Part shown: positions 60,504-64,000 of the stretch, piece after piece
How positions within the stretch are numbered: the first letter of the stretch is position 1
Layout of the letters: each line of letters starts with the position of its first letter
DNA from: Lytechinus variegatus
Lineage: Eukaryota
Length of the DNA: 64,000 bases
Reading direction: 5' to 3'
Assembly: GCF_018143015.1 (NCBI RefSeq)
Contig: NC_054742.1
Location: 58,220,853-58,284,852, forward strand
Translations under genes and position numbers: made by a program
The notes under the pieces: generated by a model
Told to the model about the DNA's origin: nothing
What the model saw: the letters and a program-made list of their open reading frames with translations, nothing else
The model's database searches: none

Positions 60504-61440
60504 TTAGCAGAATAGATGGGATTTAATGGCCTTCTTGAATTGTTCAACAGAGGAGGCCATCTGCACTGCAGCTGGTAGGTGATTCCATAGTTTTGCAGCA
60601 ATCACAGGAAAGGACGTTTCACTCGCACGTCTCTTGGAAAGGCGTTGAGTGAGCCAGATTGACGAAGATGAACGAGTAGTACGGACTTGAGAACGACGAA
60701 TGAGAATGTTATCGATGTACTCCGGGCTTCTGTGGTTGAGCGACTTGAAGACTAGCAGCAAAATTTTGAAGGCTATCCCGAATCCTGACCGACCAATGGA
60801 GTTCCAGTCGGAGAGGTTCTGTGCGAGTCCGAAGGGGAGCAGAGAAGACAAGCCTAGCGGCAGAGTTCCGTAGTCTCTGAAGTCGGTCTAAGTCTTTCTG
60901 GCTAAGAACGCTGAAGAGACTATTGCAGTAGTCCAGTCTGGAAAGAACAAGAGCCCTGACAGCAGCATGACATGTTTGCTTGTCAATAAAACGTCTCACT
61001 CTCCAGAGGTTACGAAGATGAAACTTGACGTTTCTGCAGACCAAGGTGACGTGATGGCTGAGATTTGCAGAAGGCTCAAATGTTATACCAAGATTGCGAA
61101 CAGACTTACAAGGCTGGAAAGATTTCTCGTTAATTGTCAGTCTGACATCCTTCATGAGATCAGATGATAAATGATGTGGCGAAGCAGAGACAAAGATTCA
61201 GTCTTTGCATCATTGAGTTTGAGCTTGTTTGCCTTCATCCAGTCATGGATTTCAGTGATACAGCAGCTAAGTTTGTGAATAGCATTATCAACTGCCACTG
61301 GATCCGTTGGAACAAACTGCATACATGTGGAAGGAAACATCATGAGATCGAAGGATATCTCCAATTGGACGAACATAGAGTGTAAACAACAGTGGGCCGA
61401 TGACGGAACCTTGCGGAATGCCGTAGTTCAATGTATGTGG
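60504..61440 (-). mobile_element. 5'-truncated non-LTR (LINE) retrotransposon, the 3' part of the ORF2 reverse transcriptase, with frameshifts.
   Basis: Minus-strand ORFs 61152..61376 (..IHDWMKANKLKLNDAKTE..), 60709..61155 (..LGITFE..LSRLDYCNSLFS..LQRLRNSAARLV..) and 60504..60851 (..FKKAIKSHLFC) carry the conserved C-terminal RT/thumb motifs of CR1/L2-type LINEs in three different frames. Confidence 0.6.
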
Positions 61441-61489
61441 TCTGGAAAACTGACCCGACACAATTTTAAAATTTAGCTAAATTAAAAAA

Positions 61490-61930
61490 ACAAGAGTTAA
61501 ATGCACATTCTGGTCGGTATGCAAATGAGGAGACTGATGATGTCATCAGACAGTGAGCTATTTCTTTTGTTATATTTCTCCTCGTCATGTTTAACAAACT
61601 TTTATTCCTCTCTGATCATGTGGAATTAGCATTATTCAATACTATATGGTTCAGTAAAGTTTGTCCTTATTGTCATATCTCTAAATAATGAAATATCGTA
61701 TAATTCAAACAATAAAAAACAAAATAAAGAGTGAGTGAGGGACATCATCGACTGTCTCATTTGCATGTCACTGAGTTGTGCATATTATTTTTTTTTTATG
61801 AAAAATAAGTGAAAGTTTGAAATGCCATATCTTATTAGACATGCGATTTTGATGGAATTTTTAGTGTTATGCTAGTTTGATTTCTCTCTATTTAATTGAA
61901 CCAACATTTTTCTGGGGTAGACTTGACCTT
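61490..61930. mobile_element. Foldback MITE copy 4. The left arm is truncated. The right terminus CCTT|TA is intact. It abuts the LINE fragment.
   Basis: Inner-arm and right-arm sequence align to copies 1-3. The left terminal about 150 bp is missing. Confidence 0.55.
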
Positions 61931-63119
61931 TAATAATGAGCTGTTTGATAGAGAAAAAAAGATGAATTGAGATTGAGGGTGATAGACAAAGAGAGACAGG
62001 TGTGGAGGAGCCTTTGATTAATGCCCGAGAAAGCGAACATTAGGCCTACCATATTTTTTTTTGTATTTCTAAAACTGTGTATGTTGTATGAAATGAAATG
62101 GGTATAATCCTTTAGTAAGATACACTCATTCACAGAATATTGACTTAAAAGAAAAAAACCCAAATATTTTACTGATTTTCTACTGTTCAGAGACTCATAT
62201 CCAAAGTACCCCCCCCCCTTAACTTCAAGGTATTGGAGAGAGATGTTGAATGTGACGTGGCCAACTGCAGAAAAAATGCAGGGGGAGCCAAACATTTTTG
62301 GGATATGTTCAAGGGAGTGAAGCGACTGAGCAGAAAAATTATTCTGGGGATATTTGAGAGAGCGAAAAGACTGAGAACAAATGGAGGGGCCAAGATATTT
62401 CGAGAATATGTGAGAGGGAGCAAAGTGACCAAACAGAAGTAAAAAAGTAAAAGGAAAGAGGGACAAAAATTGTTGTGTGTGTGAGGAAGCAAAGCATCCG
62501 ATCAAATAAACAGAAAGCAGGTCAGACAAAATATTTTCGAATTTGTGCTGGTGAGCGACACATTCACTCCTGAGCAATAGGGACTTGTTTAAAAATGGCA
62601 TAGGAATTATGCGTTTTCTAAGCACAATACGGTAGAATTTAAGCTTTGTGAGAGTTAAATTCTGAATGAACTGTATTGGTAGCTAAGACATGCGCAGAGG
62701 ATTATTTGTCTTTATCCATTTTTATTTTCCACATTTGTCTTTTGTTTGACTTTAATCTCCAGGGGGGAAACCCCAGTTCCTGTGGATGCCAATGGGGCGG
62801 GGTCTTGGAATAGTTTGAAAGGGTGAACCTGAACTTTAAAGATATCAAAGAGAGAGAAAGAATTGTAAAATGAAAATGAATGAAAGCAAAGAGAGGTGGA
62901 GAGAGTGAGAAAACAGGTGAACTTTCGAGGGGCATTAAAAAGTCTCAGATTAAAAACATTTTTGTTTTTGTAATTGATTATTTATTTCTTGTTTTATTTA
63001 CTCGGTCAATCAAAATATTTTGGAAAATGTCTGCAAGGGAGCGACACATTTACTCCCGAGCGAAAGGGACTTGTTTTAGGAAATATGCAATTTCTAAGAA
63101 TGGTAAACACATGATGTAA

Positions 63120-63540
63120 AGTAAATTGCCAATTCGTCTACTGCCATTTAGTCCACACACCACATAGTCTACCTTCATTCGGTCTAATGCCTTTTTGTCC
63201 ACCACCCATTTCGTCCAATAGCAGCTTCGTCTACCACCCATTTGGTCTAATTTTATGTAGGCTTATGCCAACTCGTCTATTAATCAGTTCGTCCAATGTT
63301 TATTTATTACAATAGCCATGTTGGCTAATATCAGTTGGTCCAAATTGTCTACTGGTACTTGTCATTTTGTCCAAGTGCCATTTCGTCTAATTATTTTGTC
63401 CACCACCCATTAGGTCCAATAATCAACCAACCAAATTGTGTAATACCCAGTTCGTCCAATTCTAAAATCGCTCAATTGTCATTTAGACTAATAGCCAAAT
63501 AGCCAATTGGTGCAATAGCCATGTTGTCTAATACAAATAA
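63120..63540 (+). repeat. Minisatellite with about 20-25 bp unit (..CCATTTCGTC(C/T)AAT.. / ..TTGGTCTAAT..). A related array lies at 22130-22330.
   Basis: At least 15 degenerate units seen. At 22130-22330, TGGTCTAC / TGGTCTAA repeats. Confidence 0.55.
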
Positions 63541-64000
63541 GATGCATTATCCGAGGGGGCGAAATGACTTCTTAAATATACTTTGAAATTATTGAAGATA
63601 AAAAAGAAAACATATAACTAGGCCTACTGTCAGGAATGGAATGATGCAGTACAGCATACAGCATCCCACACGCTCTCTCTACTACATAACGCTCACAAAA
63701 AGGGGAATGGGAGTGGTTAAAAATGTTAAAATTGGAATAGGGTCCTTTGATTTGGAATTTTCCCTTTCTTGATAATCATCATTCATGATAATCATCATTC
63801 ATCATATAACTGATAATATTAATAAATAATTGTAATTCACGATAGTACTAATAAATAAATGTACTATAATAATGATAATAGCTTTTGACGGTACCCAAAA
63901 AATTAAAAGAGAAAAAAGTGGGAAAGGAGGGGAAGAACATGACATAAGAACACAAAATGTATTACAATGGAGCTGAAAAAGTTTACTTATAAAAAAAAAT

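Noticed and set aside
61930-62625. 231-aa minus-strand ORF
   Set aside because: No RT or other recognisable motifs, AT-rich codon usage, and it is flanked by repeats. It is probably a chance ORF.
1-64000. CRISPR arrays, operons, rRNA genes
   Set aside because: The sequence is eukaryotic and spliced. No direct-repeat/spacer architecture and no rRNA-like conserved blocks were seen.

Overview
This is a eukaryotic (metazoan) nuclear window. It is AT-rich and repeat-dense, with spliced genes that use GT-AG introns. The repeat content and gene structures suggest an invertebrate deuterostome, possibly an echinoderm, but I did not confirm this. The window contains no prokaryotic features and no CRISPR array.

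I can support three protein-coding loci:
- ULK4 (plus strand, 355-13024): the C-terminal ARM/HEAT-repeat half of an ULK4-like gene, in 17 exons ending at a TAA stop at 13022-13024. Several exon 3' ends have local tandem duplicates.
- A giant C2H2 zinc-finger gene (minus strand, 22606-31713), convergent with ULK4. It has an ~8.1 kb single coding exon that is extremely acidic and Ser/Asp/Glu/Thr-rich, with internal ~170-nt coding tandem repeats and an apparent 1-nt frameshift near 30049-30074. A terminal exon encodes TGEKP-linked zinc fingers.
- An uncharacterised multi-exon gene (plus strand, 40883-48060), with at least four exons whose splice phases agree.

The rest of the window is intergenic or intronic and holds many mobile elements and repeats:
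- a foldback MITE family with TA target-site duplications (4 copies);
- a second MITE family (3 copies);
- tRNA-derived SINEs (3 copies) and a 7SL-like element;
- two approximately 1 kb TIR-bounded non-autonomous DNA elements;
- a 5'-truncated non-LTR retrotransposon RT fragment;
- decayed THAP-domain remnants;
- several satellite and minisatellite arrays, long perfect palindromes, and an NRF1/ETS-like promoter motif cluster.

All protein homology statements come from remembered family features. Nothing here was searched.
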